Part shown: one piece after another, positions 35,866 through 47,381 of the stretch
Numbering within the stretch: position 1 is the stretch's first letter
How the letters are laid out: each line of letters starts with the position of its first letter
DNA from: Azolla caroliniana
Taxonomy: Eukaryota > Plantae > Polypodiophyta
Length of the DNA stretch: 64,000 nucleotides
NCBI GenBank assembly: GCA_043228905.1
Contig: JBHGNT010000003.1
Span: forward strand, 6,882,001-6,946,000
Reading direction: 5' to 3'
Made by a program: the position numbers and the translations under genes
Notes under the pieces: generated by a model
Database searches by the model: none
Seen by the model: the letters and a program-made list of their open reading frames with translations, nothing else
What the model was told of the DNA's origin: nothing

Positions 35866-36517
35866 GAGGACCGATGGAAGTTCCAGTCGAAGAAAGATTA
35901 TGATCAAGGCATGTGGGATCGATGTGCAAGGCACTCTCCCACGGGCGTGCCATATTGTGTTACCATACGAGACGTATGTGTGATTGATAACTATGATAAG
36001 TGAGGGTGAAAGATGTAATGCGTTGATATGTATGTGTAATGTTATACGATTATGAGTGTGAATGTAAGCGTGAGTGTAGTAGATACAAAGAGGTGTGAGT
36101 GAGTGACTAGGTGTGAATGCCAAAGGGGCTTGCACCCTTGTGGATCTACCCCTTTGTACCTATTTAACCCCTTATGGGGAATGAATGAATAGAACGATCA
36201 TTTTCTCTCTCAATCTCTCTTGTCATTTCTCTCTCTCTTCCCTCCCCCTTAACGTTGAACCCCCTTGGGAGGGGGCTGGAGCCATTCTAGGCACCACCCC
36301 CCACCCAACAATGCTTCTCAATGATTGTCGTCTCTCTCACCATCAATCCCATAACTCTCATCATCCTCATCAAACACACCATCTCCATCACCAATCCTCA
36401 TTACCATTAACCCTAACCCTAAAACCTACAACACTCATTGAATTGCCGGTGTCACCGCCGCAACAGCAACAACTAGAACCGGAGCAGCCGCTTGACATAA
36501 CCATCCATAGTAGGCTC

Positions 36518-38250
36518 ATGGCCAGTGAAGAAGCCATCCCACAACCAGAACCGGCACGACAACAAGGCACCGATAGTTAATGGCTACGATGGATAGCATA
36601 ACAAGTGATCGGGGTCGTCTGCCAATTAGAAGCGGAAAAGAGAGAGCGCATGAAGACCGGTTGCTAGCCACAACCGAGGAGTTAGAGAAGGCCTGGTCAA
36701 GAATCCGGAGCATGGAAGAAGATAGAGAAGGCTAGAACAAAAATGGCCAAGTTGGTAATAGAAGGACCACAACAATCGGAACCGGTGGCTCTAGTAACTT
36801 TACAGAACAATAAGACCCCGGTGACTGCAGCAGGCCCAAATACTAATAAAACATCAGCACAAGAGCTCGCCACATTACGGGAAGACCTGGCAGCACAAGA
36901 AGCCTTACGAGCCAGGGAGCGATAATTGAAAAAAGCGGTCGAGGAGGAACAAAGGAAGACGGCCGACAGCCTCCGCCGAGCAGAGGAAAGCTTGAGAAAA
37001 GGTCATCAAGCGTATGACCGGCTGAAGGAAGAAAAAGAAAGACCCTTGCAGGAAAAGGACAAACTCCGGTGCTCGGCGGAAGTAGAGATCGAGCGAATCA
37101 AGGAAGAACTCTGGCAGCCGAAGGATCGGGAAGACCGTGCTCGCCGTCTGATCAACCAACGGCTGAAATAGAAAACAGAGGACTTTGATCGGTTGCACCG
37201 GGATCACAAACACTTGGATGCGGAACACAAGAAATTGATCACCGAAAGTGACCGGCAAGCAGGAGAAGTTACGAGAACTTCGGGATGAGGTTAACCAGAC
37301 CGTGGTAGCCTTGGTAGAAGAACAGTCAAAGGGGGCTGAAGTAGCAAAGCAACTGGCGGAAGCAGCGAAAGAACGGGTAGAGCTGACCCGGCCGCACTCG
37401 GAGGCAACGGAGCGAGCTACAATGGTTCTGAACAAAGTTCACATGACCTATCAGAGCCAACTCATGCACTACAGAAGCCAAGAAGTGGTAACTGTGAGCC
37501 TGATCAAACAATTGAAGGACGAAAAACAAGCCACAGAGAACAAGTCGAAGATGGGGCTAGGGCGGATTCGGGACATCGTACTGGCATGGAGAGACCAGAC
37601 GAAAAGACTGGTAGAAGAAAGTTTGGTTCAATGGTGGTTTCAATGGGCTAAGCAGGCGGCGGAGTTACAATCGTTGCGATCGGATGCGGAGAACCGACGG
37701 AAGGACGACGATGATTTCTATAAATTGGATGAAGAAAACATTGTTGCCATAAGGGAGGAATTGTTAGACGACTTCCTATCATTAGTTGGGGACAAATTGG
37801 CGGCGGTGAGGCGATTGGTGGAGCAGCTGGACGACGACCAGTTGGATACACAACTCCAGCTTGAGCGGTATGAACGAGAATGGCGACGGCAAGAAGTGGT
37901 CCGAAGAACTGCGACGATCAACATTAGTGATGAAGAGCAGTCCTCGGAGCAAGCGCTGAATGAAGACGGAATTGGGCGAAGCCAGCCGTATGTAACTCTG
38001 GAGGAGCAGTCGAAGGATGGAAACCAACACACCGAAAACCAGCAGCAGGAGGAGCCCAAGCCAATAGAACTAGAACTGGAGAGACCAGTGGAACCGGAGA
38101 GGCCAGTGCAACCGGAGAGACAAGAGAAACCAATGGAACCGGAGGGCCTAGTAGAACCGGAGCGACAACAAGAGCCGCCATAGCCGCAGGAACATCAGAA
38201 GTCGGGGCAACAACAGGAGGAGGAACAACAACAGCAGCAAACGACTGAAC
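36518..38250 (+). pseudogene. Decayed long coiled-coil ORF of unknown function inside the LTR element
   Basis: Consecutive ORFs 36743..36925, 36926..37171 and 37248..38183 are E/K/R/Q-rich and helical, ending in PERPVEPE repeats; separated by single stops or frameshifts. Confidence 0.6.
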
Positions 38251-40919
38251 AACTTTCCGAGGAACCATTGGAACCCTTAGGTCAAAGCATTCTGGACATT
38301 TTGGAGGAAGAATGAAGGCCGGATCGTGGGATTCGACGTACAAGGTACTGTCCCACGGGCGTGCCATGTGTTAGCCGACTGGCAAGGGAAGTCCAGAATG
38401 GGAAAAGGGGGATAATTAATAACTAGGAGCTAATTATATATAATATAGAATTAATATGATTTTGAGAAGTGAATGGATGGACCTGGAATCAGAATGTTGA
38501 TCCGGATCCGGACCGGTTCGTAGCCGATTGTCGGTTGGCACTGGTTTGTACCTAGAGCCGGAGACCTATAAAAGGGCCTGGTCTATTTGTAATGAATTAG
38601 CGGATAATTAATAGAGTGTTGTTGTTTTGTATCTTAATCAGTGTTAATTACCGTTCTGTGCTAAGTGTAATTCATCTTATGCGTGTATTGTGACTAATGA
38701 TCTTATCGATTCATAACCAATTAGGGTTTCGTTAATAGTTCGGTCTAAGTTTATACCACCGCAACACCCCTTTGGTGAAGTGTCTCAAAGGGACACCCTG
38801 TGTTAGGCCATTGTCCGGCCCCTAGCGATAACAAGCGATTGGAGGCGGCCTCATTGGTGGCACATTTGGAAGGATTACGGCCGAATAGGCCTGAATTACG
38901 TCGTATGTTATATGCAATTTTTCCGGAATAAGTAAATAATGTGGTAGACATACAATTTATGGGCAAAGGATGTTATCATTTGGAGTTTTCCGATCATTCG
39001 TCCGTTGGCCGATTGTTGGAGATCAAGCATACATCGTTGGAAGGTGCGTGGATATCTTTTTATAAATGGAATCATAATGTGAGTGCTGATGGTATTTTAA
39101 AGAACAAAGAGGCCCATATGATTTTTACTGCCATTTTCCCAGGATTGAAGAAAGAATGGTGTCAAGTGTTAACTCTAATTGGGTCTCTTCTAGGCACAGT
39201 AATAGCTATTAAAAATGATAGTTCACAAGATGATGACCGTATACGAGGAGCACCTTCACTGAGGATTTTGGCACCTAGGAATAGTGAATTACCATCTTAT
39301 GTTTTGTTGCTGAATCTACAAGAACATAAGGAACCATTATCCTAGAAGATTATGTATCAGGGTCTTCCGGAGCAATGTTTTATATGTAGAAATTTTGGGC
39401 ATTTAGGGAAGGAGTGTCCACGTAGACGTGACTGATCAGAGGAGGTTTTCAAATCGACTTCGAAGCCTAGGTAGGAAAATCAGATTGGACACCAATTGCA
39501 ACTAAACACTCTTTTAAACAACCTAGTTCTTCGGTAAATTCTATGTTTTTGTTGGATTGCAATCCGTATAATCCTTTGAATAGCGAGAAAGGTAGTGATA
39601 TTTCTTTGAAAAATAATTTAAGGAAGGCGAATACAATCATCGAAGTACAAAGTCCATCATCCTCGAAACAGGATCAAGAAGTCTTGCCGTTAAAAGAATT
39701 TAATGATACAGTCGCCCTTACAAGTGAGCATAAGTTAGAGGCTTTTTCTATGGGGCAAGTCAAAGGTAATCAACTGGGAGATAAAGGAAAACATATCATT
39801 CATTCCTTGTCCCATCCGATGTCTCAGGACAAAGGACGAAAGATTGATTGTTCAGGTAATGACATGGATTGTGACAACCCATTAGCTTTAGTAATTTATG
39901 AGGATGATACATCAAAACAGAACTCTCTCTCCGTTTTGGAAAAGAAAAGTCCTCAGAGTACTAATGAATGCTCTTTTTCGGCAATATCCTTGGGTGTCGG
40001 GGATAACTCTACATTAGAAAAGGTGATCCCTGTCCGTTCACATAAATATTCAGGTAAAGATATGATGACAACAAGAAGACAATTACGTGTTGCTCAGGAA
40101 GGAAAACGTAGAGGTCTTGTTCTGGCGGAGAAAAGGGTTTCATAATTCCTAGTCTATTTATGGATGTTCTAAATATAATCTCATGGAATGTACAAGGATT
40201 AGGAGGTAATCGGTTTCTACAAATGAGAGGGGCTTTTATAAACACGTTTGCGTTCACGAGTGGAAGGATCGCGCACAAGTGGAAGGATAAGGAATATTCC
40301 GTTTGATTTTGGGGTTTTTTTTGCCATTTCACAAAACATCTTGATACTAGTATCACATGTTTTCCAAAACTTGATGAAAAAGTTGAAATTTTCACCATTT
40401 GGTAAAATTGAAAAATGCCAAATTTGGGTAAAATATGAAAAGTAACTTTGTGGATTTTTAAAGAAAAATGACAACTAATAAGTTTTTAGATCTTAAAGAA
40501 ATCAAAGTAGAATATTTCAAAACAATGAGCGTTTTTATTCCATTCGATAAAATGTTGTCTAAATTTGTTACATATAGTTACACAACAAATACATTTGGGA
40601 GTTATTTGCATGACTATCATCATTCTTTTCATGAGAATCACTACTATAGATAATATACAATTGTGACTCTTCCTCCTCATCTTCCAATGTACCAATCAAA
40701 TCATTGTCTTCACCAAATGGTATCTCCAAATTTTGTGCAATAAATCTTCTTCGTCTTCAATCTGAGATATCTTCTAGACTTGCTAATATCTCTTTTATTA
40801 TGCATATCGTTGTTGTCCTTATACATCCAACTTTTGTTTGTGTAAAGTCATACATAATGATATCCACCTCATTAATGTCAATGATAGATGTATTACAAAG
40901 GTTTTATGCATCATCACGT

Positions 40920-43900
40920 TGTCGTAGTGTATTTCGTACACTACGTGAAAAAGTAAAAATAATATAAATGATTAAATTACATATAAATAAATAAAATAAG
41001 AATATCAAAATATTTATCACGTGCATAGGGCAAGATTCGAACCTTGTACCTCCACGTAGCCAAACCCCAACTTTACCATTACACTACCTTATCTTTAGTG
41101 TTCTATAAATAGATTTAATAACTATAAGTGCTTTATTTGCGCCTACCTTTATTAAAAGGTAAATCATGTATTTTTAGAGTGCGTGAATATTTTATAGAAA
41201 AACGCAAGCGACTAAAAAGTGACTCATGCACATCTAGCATGCATGAGCACTATATTTAGCAAATAAAAGCAAGGATTAGAAAAGCATCACATGCACATTT
41301 AGTGTGCATGAACATATTAGAAAAAAAGCATGTAGCTATGCTTAGTCTCTCCCATCACTACATAAGGATGGGGAGCACAATGTAATAGGTGTGTGAAAAA
41401 TATTTGGGAAATTGGATATATTTCCTAAAACACCAACAATCAATAAAATATACTCGTGGGATTCACGAAGTTTAAGATAATCTATCTCTTTCAATCTAAA
41501 TTCATATTCTTACATAAATATTGATTAATGTAATACTTGTGGGATTCACAAGGTTTGATCTCTTTTCTCAATCTACTCTAATCTATTCTAAATTATTTCA
41601 ATTTATTACTACGATTTAGATAAACTAAAACAATTATACTTGTGGGATTCACAAGTTTCTATATCTCTTTCTTATAATCTATTCATATTCATAACTAGAT
41701 TAGCCTCAAATTCTTCCTCCTCCTAGTCCAAAACCCCGGTGGTTCCCACCCGACTCACGCAAACGATCCGGAGCCGAAAGGCACGACACAGTTGGTGAAC
41801 CCGACGTGAAGGCGGGTGGCAAGGAGATGGAGAATCAACAAGAGGCGATGAACATGATGATGATGATGTTCGAGAGAATGCTACAAGAACAACGCGAGAT
41901 GTCGGAGATCACGACAGTAGTACAACGGCTCGTGCAACAGAACGGGCAATTCGATGGAAAGGACGTGTCACGCTATCTACGTGACTACAAAATGGAGATG
42001 TTGCGATATGGTATCTCAGAAAGATTGCAAGTGTTATCTTTCAACCGGGTGGCTACGGATGAGCTTCAAGAGAGAATCCACGAGATACGACAACAAAGCC
42101 CGATGTGGGAGTCCTTTGAAGAAGCTATACGAGACACATATGACTATCTAAGACCGAAGCGGACGAGTACATGGTCCACGAACGGCGGTCAACAGTGGGT
42201 GAAAAGCGGCCACCGACTACCACCGAAGGAGAGCTTGATGCGGAAGGGTTCGGAGATGCATGAAAAGTCGCAAGTCGACATTGAAGGGGAGCTTAAAACC
42301 GAACCAAAGTCGAGGCCAACAAAGGACGAGGAGGAGGAAGATCGAGGACGAAAGGGTATCCCCACACCGGTTCCAGAGACTTCAGCGGCTGTGCCCGTGC
42401 ACCAACGTGAGACCGGAGAGACGGAATGTGTCGGTGGAAAAGTGGAGGACCGGAAGGGCAACGAGGAAGACAAAGTAAATGAGCACGAACGAAGGGATTC
42501 CTTCACCATTGTTTCGGAGACTTCGGTACTGGAGCCCGGGTGTCGACATAACACCGAAGATAAGGAAAGTGGCGGCAACGAAACGAAGGTCGAAGCCGAT
42601 GCATACGAAGGAGAGATAGCCAAGGAGAACATGGCTATGGGTGAAACAACGGAAGATGATAATACCGAGGATTCCTACCCACTAATTCTAGAGACTTCGG
42701 CGGTTGTGTCCGAGAACCAACGTGAGACCGGAGAGACGGGAGGTGGCAACAAGGAAGGTAAAGTCGGAAGCCGGTTCGGATGGAAGATGATCCGTCTGAA
42801 ATTCCGATGTAAACAAAAGCATGACAACGCGAAGGTCGGGTCTACGATGGGAGAAGCATGTAATACGGAGCACGCACTACGGCACCAAAAGAAGCACGTG
42901 CTACGGCGTAAAGAGAAGCACACGCTACGGCGCAAAAAGAAGCACGCGCTACGGTGCAAAAATAAGTATGCACTACGGGGTAATACGGCGCATGCACTAC
43001 GATGGAATACGAAGCATGCGCTACGGCCTAATACGACGCATGCGCAACATCGAGAAATAAAGCATGCATTAAAGCCGCACAAGGACCTAACAGCGAGCGC
43101 GTATTCGGAGGTCGACATCGACGCGTGGGTAGAACCTACGGAAGACAAGCGCGGAGTGGAGAGAGACAACACACCGAGATGCTCAAGAGTACCACAAGGG
43201 ACCATGACAACCACTCATGGCAATGCAAAGAATGAACAAAGAATATGGTGGATCGGATGGCGACAATGGTTCGGGTGGAAAGAATGGGTCTACTCAAAAT
43301 GGAGAGACAAAGTTGACATAGCGGGACAAACGGAGGATGAAGGGGAGACAACGAGCATCGGCAACTTCGGCACATACCGGAGGATGTGCGGGTTCGGAGG
43401 GGGCGAGTGTCGTAGTGTATTTCGTACACTACGTGAAAAAGTAAAAATAATATAAATGATTAAATTACATATAAATAAATAAAATAAGAATATCAAAATA
43501 TTTATCACGTGCATAGGGCAAGATTCGAACCTTGTACCTCCACGTAGCCAAACCCCAACTTTACCATTACACTACCTTATCTTTAGTGTTCTATAAATAG
43601 ATTTAATAACTATAAGTGCTTTATTTGCGCCTACCTTTATTAAAAGGTAAATCATGTATTTTTAGAGTGCGTGAATATTTTATAGAAAAACGCAAGCGAC
43701 TAAAAAGTGACTCATGCACATCTAGCATGCATGAGCACTATATTTAGCAAATAAAAGCAAGGATTAGAAAAGCATCACATGCACATTTAGTGTGCATGAA
43801 CATATTAGAAAAAAAGCATGTAGCTATGCTTAGTCTCTCCCATCACTACATAAGGATGGGGAGCACAATGTAATAGGTGTGTGAAAAATATTTGGGAAAT

Positions 43901-44276
43901 TGGATATATTTTCTAAAACACCAACAATCAATAAAATATACTCGTGGGATTCACGAAGTTTAAGATAATCTATCTCTTTCAATCTAAATTCATATTCTTA
44001 CATAAATATTGATTAATGTAATACTTGTGGGATTCACAAGGTTTGATCTCTTTTCTCAATCTACTCTAATCTATTCTAAATTATTTCAATTTATTACTAC
44101 GATTTAGATAAACTAAAACAATTATACTTGTGGGATTCACAAGTTTCTATATCTCTTTCTTATAATCTATTCATATTCATAACTAGATTAGCCTCAAATT
44201 CTTCCTCCTCCTAGTCCAAAACCCCGGTGGTTCCCACCCGACTCACGCAAACGATCCGGAGCCGAAAGGCACGACA
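40920..44276 (+). mobile_element. Young gag-only (TR-GAG-like) Gypsy-type LTR element with tRNA-Trp-type PBS and 4-bp TSD
   Basis: 869-bp LTRs 40920-41788 and 43408-44276 (one mismatch seen). ACGT on both flanks. PBS TGGTGAACCCGACGTGA 41793-41809, PPT GGAGGGGGCGAG before 43408. Confidence 0.93.
41827..43455 (+). CDS. Gag-like N-terminus fused to low-complexity repeat region; no pol domains
   Basis: Open frame from GTG 41806 / ATG 41827; QFDGKDVSRYLRDY…WESFEEAI resembles a Gypsy capsid N-terminus. Has PETSA..HQRETGET x2-3 and KHALRxxx 8-aa repeats; stop lies in the 3' LTR. Confidence 0.7.
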   Translation: MENQQEAMNMMMMMFERMLQEQREMSEITTVVQRLVQQNGQFDGKDVSRYLRDYKMEMLRYGISERLQVLSFNRVATDELQERIHEIRQQSPMWESFEEAIRDTYDYLRPKRTSTWSTNGGQQWVKSGHRLPPKESLMRKGSEMHEKSQVDIEGELKTEPKSRPTKDEEEEDRGRKGIPTPVPETSAAVPVHQRETGETECVGGKVEDRKGNEEDKVNEHERRDSFTIVSETSVLEPGCRHNTEDKESGGNETKVEADAYEGEIAKENMAMGETTEDDNTEDSYPLILETSAVVSENQRETGETGGGNKEGKVGSRFGWKMIRLKFRCKQKHDNAKVGSTMGEACNTEHALRHQKKHVLRRKEKHTLRRKKKHALRCKNKYALRGNTAHALRWNTKHALRPNTTHAQHREIKHALKPHKDLTASAYSEVDIDAWVEPTEDKRGVERDNTPRCSRVPQGTMTTTHGNAKNEQRIWWIGWRQWFGWKEWVYSKWRDKVDIAGQTEDEGETTSIGNFGTYRRMCGFGGGECRSVFRTLREKVKII

Positions 44277-44473
44277 ACGTCCAAAACTTTACCAATGCAG
44301 AATTGGTACCCTAGGTCATGGCCATCTACATGTGTAGCTATTAATATCCCCACCTTGACTTCTTGCAAGTTTCCTTGTCACCTGAGTTATGCTTGTGTTG
44401 TCATCATTCGTTCCAACTATAAAGATCAACATTAAGTAGTGATTGAGAACCACACGAACACTTTATGGACCGT

Positions 44474-47381
44474 GTAAATGGCATTGGCAAGGTTCAATTA
44501 CCATCAACACAATTATTAATAGTTTTTTGTTAATCAATGATGCACATGTTCACCATAAAGTATCTTATTGTACAACATACTTGTTTGCACTATCGATATG
44601 CATCTTTTTCTCTTGTAAAAACAAAGATTTTAGTACAATTCAAGTTCATGTTTAAAAAACCTATTTTATCTTAAAAACAACAAGATTTTAAACATTAAGT
44701 CGATATGTTATATCGAGTTGATGTAAAAAATAGAGTTTTCATCATAATTCCATACAATGTATTGAATTCTTGCTCAAAGTTTTTTTTACTAGATTTAAAT
44801 AATAATAATAATAATAATAAATTGTGCTTGAGTTCATCTAGAAAACCATAATTTTCATCACAATTCGATATAATGTATTGAGTTCATGCTTAAAGTAATT
44901 TTTTTCAATTTTTTTCAATTTTTTATAATTTTTTATTGATTTTGTTTTATTTTTTTAACATCAATTTGATACATTGTATCGACTTGTGATAAAAGCTCTG
45001 GTTTTTTCATCACTTATTAAAGCTCAATTTTGTTTTAGAAAAGAAAACAAAATACCAAAATAAAATAGAAAAAAATGTAATTATTTTTTTTAAAAAATCC
45101 AAAATTAAACTTTTCATGTCATGATATGGTAGGACTTGAACCCATGACCTTATGTTACATGGGTCGAGCTCTTGACCATTAAACCATACATTGTAATACA
45201 TAAAATATTATTTTTATCACTTGTTAAAGCTTAACTTTGTTTTAAAAAAAAAACAAAACACCATAATAAAATAGGAAAAAATGTAATTATTTTTTTTTTA
45301 AAATCCGAAATAAAACTTTCAACATGAACTCGATACGCCGTATCAAGTTCATGTAAAAAAGTTAGCTTTTCAACATGAACTCGATACGCCTATCGGGTTC
45401 ATGTAAAAAAGTTAGCTTTTAAACATGAACTCTATCGAGTTCTTGTAAAAAAGCTAACTTTTTTACATGTCATGATATGGTAGGACTCAAACCCATGACC
45501 TTATGCTACATGGGTCTAGCTCTTGACCATTAGACCATACATTGTAATACATAAACTATTATTTTTATAACTTATTAAAGCTCAATTTGTTTTTAGAAAA
45601 AAAACAAAACACCATAATAAAATAGGAAAAAATGTAATTTTTTTTTTTTTAAAATCCGAAATAAAACTTTCAACATGAACTCGATACGCCGTATCGAGTT
45701 CATGTAAAAAACTTAGCTTTTCAACATGAACTCGATACGGCGTATCGAGTTCATGTAAAAATGTTAGCTTAGTTCATGTCATGGTAGGACTCAAACCCAT
45801 GACCTTATGCTACATGGGTCAAGCTCTTGACCATTAAACCATACATTGTAATACATAAATGTTATTTTCATCACTTATTAAAGCTTAAAGTTTTTAGAAA
45901 AAAAAAACAAAATACCAAAATAAAATAGGAAAAAATGTAATTATTTTTAAAAAAAAATCGGAAATAAAACTTTAAACATGCACTCGATACGCCGTATCGA
46001 GTTCATGTAAAAAAGTTAGCTTAGTTCATGTCATGATATGGTAGGACTCGAACCCATGACCTTATGCTACATGGGTCAAGCTCTTGACCATTAGACCATA
46101 CATTGTAATACATAAAATATTATTTTCATCACTCATTAAAGCTCAAAGTTTTTTAGAAAAAAAAACAAAATACCAAAATAAAATAGGAAAAAATGTAATT
46201 ATTTAAAAAAAAAAATCGGAAATAAAAATTTAAACATGAACTCGATACGCCGTATTGAGTTCATGTTGAAAAGGCGTATCGAGTTCATGTAAAAAAGTTA
46301 GCTTAGTTCATGTCATGATATGATAGGACTGAAACCCATGACCTTATGCTACATGGGTCAAACTCTTGACCATTAGACCATACATTGTAATATATAAAAT
46401 ATTATTTTCATCACTTATTAAAGCTCAAACTTTTTTAGAAAAAAAAACAAAATACCAAAATAAAATAGGAAAAAATGTAATTATTTAAAAAAAAAATCGG
46501 AAATAAAACTTTAAACATGAACTCGATACGGCGTATCGAGTTCATGTTGAAAAGGCGTATTGAGTTCATGTAAAAAAGTTAGCTTTTCAGCATGAACTCG
46601 ATACGCCGTATCGAGTTCATGTAAAAAAGTTAGCTTTTCAGCATGAACTTGATACGGCGTATCGAGTTCATGTTGAAAAGGCAGATCGAGTTCATGTAAA
46701 AAAGTTAGCTTTTCAACATGAACTCGATACGCTGTAGATTAACTCATGTCATCATCATTCCCTCTCATTCCCTCTTTCTCTCTCACTCTCTCTCTCTCTT
46801 CTTTTCTCAAGTGTTCTACACCTTAAATTCTTCTTAGTACTAATTTCGTCTCTGTCTTAGAATTTTGTTTTTGAGCTTTAATAAGTGATGAAAAAACCAG
46901 AGTTTTTATCACAAGTCGATACAATGTATCAAGTTCATGTTTAAAATTATTATTTTTCCCATAAAAAATAAAAAAAATAAAAAAATTTGAAACAAATTGA
47001 AAATGTTTTTTTAAAAATTAGAAAAAATTACTTTAAACATGAACTCGATACATTGTATTGAATTGTGATGAAAAAACTGGTTTTTCTATGAACTCAAGCT
47101 TTATTTATTTATTTATATTTTTTTAAAATCCGGTAAGAAAACTTTGAACATGAATTTAATATATTGTATAGAGTTATGATGAAAACTCTATTTTTTACGT
47201 CAATTCAATACAACATATCATGTTCATGTTTAAAACTCTTGTTGTTTTTCAAATAAAAGAGGTTTTTTAAAGATGTATGTTGCACAACAAGATACCTTAT
47301 GGTAAATATGTGCTTCATTTATTAGAAGAAAACCATTAATAATTGTGTTGATGGTAATTGAACTTTGCAAATGCCATTTAC
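44474..47381. repeat. ~550-bp imperfect inverted repeat arms (44474-~45026 / ~46870-47381) enclosing a tandem array
   Basis: GTAAATGGCATTGGCAAGGTTCAATTACCATCAACACAATTATTAAT vs ATTAATAATTGTGTTGATGGTAATTGAACTTTGCAAATGCCATTTAC; similarity continues inward. Confidence 0.85.
45005..46745 (+). repeat. Chimeric tandem array: 5 copies of a chromovirus LTR 5' end alternating with A/T spacers and CATGAACTCGATAC-N3-GTATCGAGTTCATG palindromes
   Basis: LTR-start motif TGTCATG(ATATG)GTAGGACT.GAACCCATGACCTTATGCTACATGGGTC at 45117, 45468, 45777, 46029, 46311 matches the minus-strand start of LTR 10725-11143. Confidence 0.88.

Larger units (their letters stand above)
33350..38833 (-). mobile_element. Non-autonomous LTR element (LARD-like, tRNA-Arg-type PBS as in Tat/Ogre-like Gypsy) inserted in LINE ORF1
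   Basis: 465-bp direct repeats 33350-33814 and 38369-38833 (TGTTAG…GATAACA). Aged 5-bp TSD AACGG/AGCGA whose removal restores LINE frame EVQR-LEAASLVAH. Minus-strand PBS TGGCACGCCCGTGGGAC at 38350-38366. No RT or IN motifs. Strand uncertain. Confidence 0.82.

Noticed and set aside
45005-46745. CRISPR-like array (palindromic repeats with spacers)
   Set aside because: Spacers are themselves repeated, the period is irregular, there are no cas genes, and the context is eukaryotic TE.
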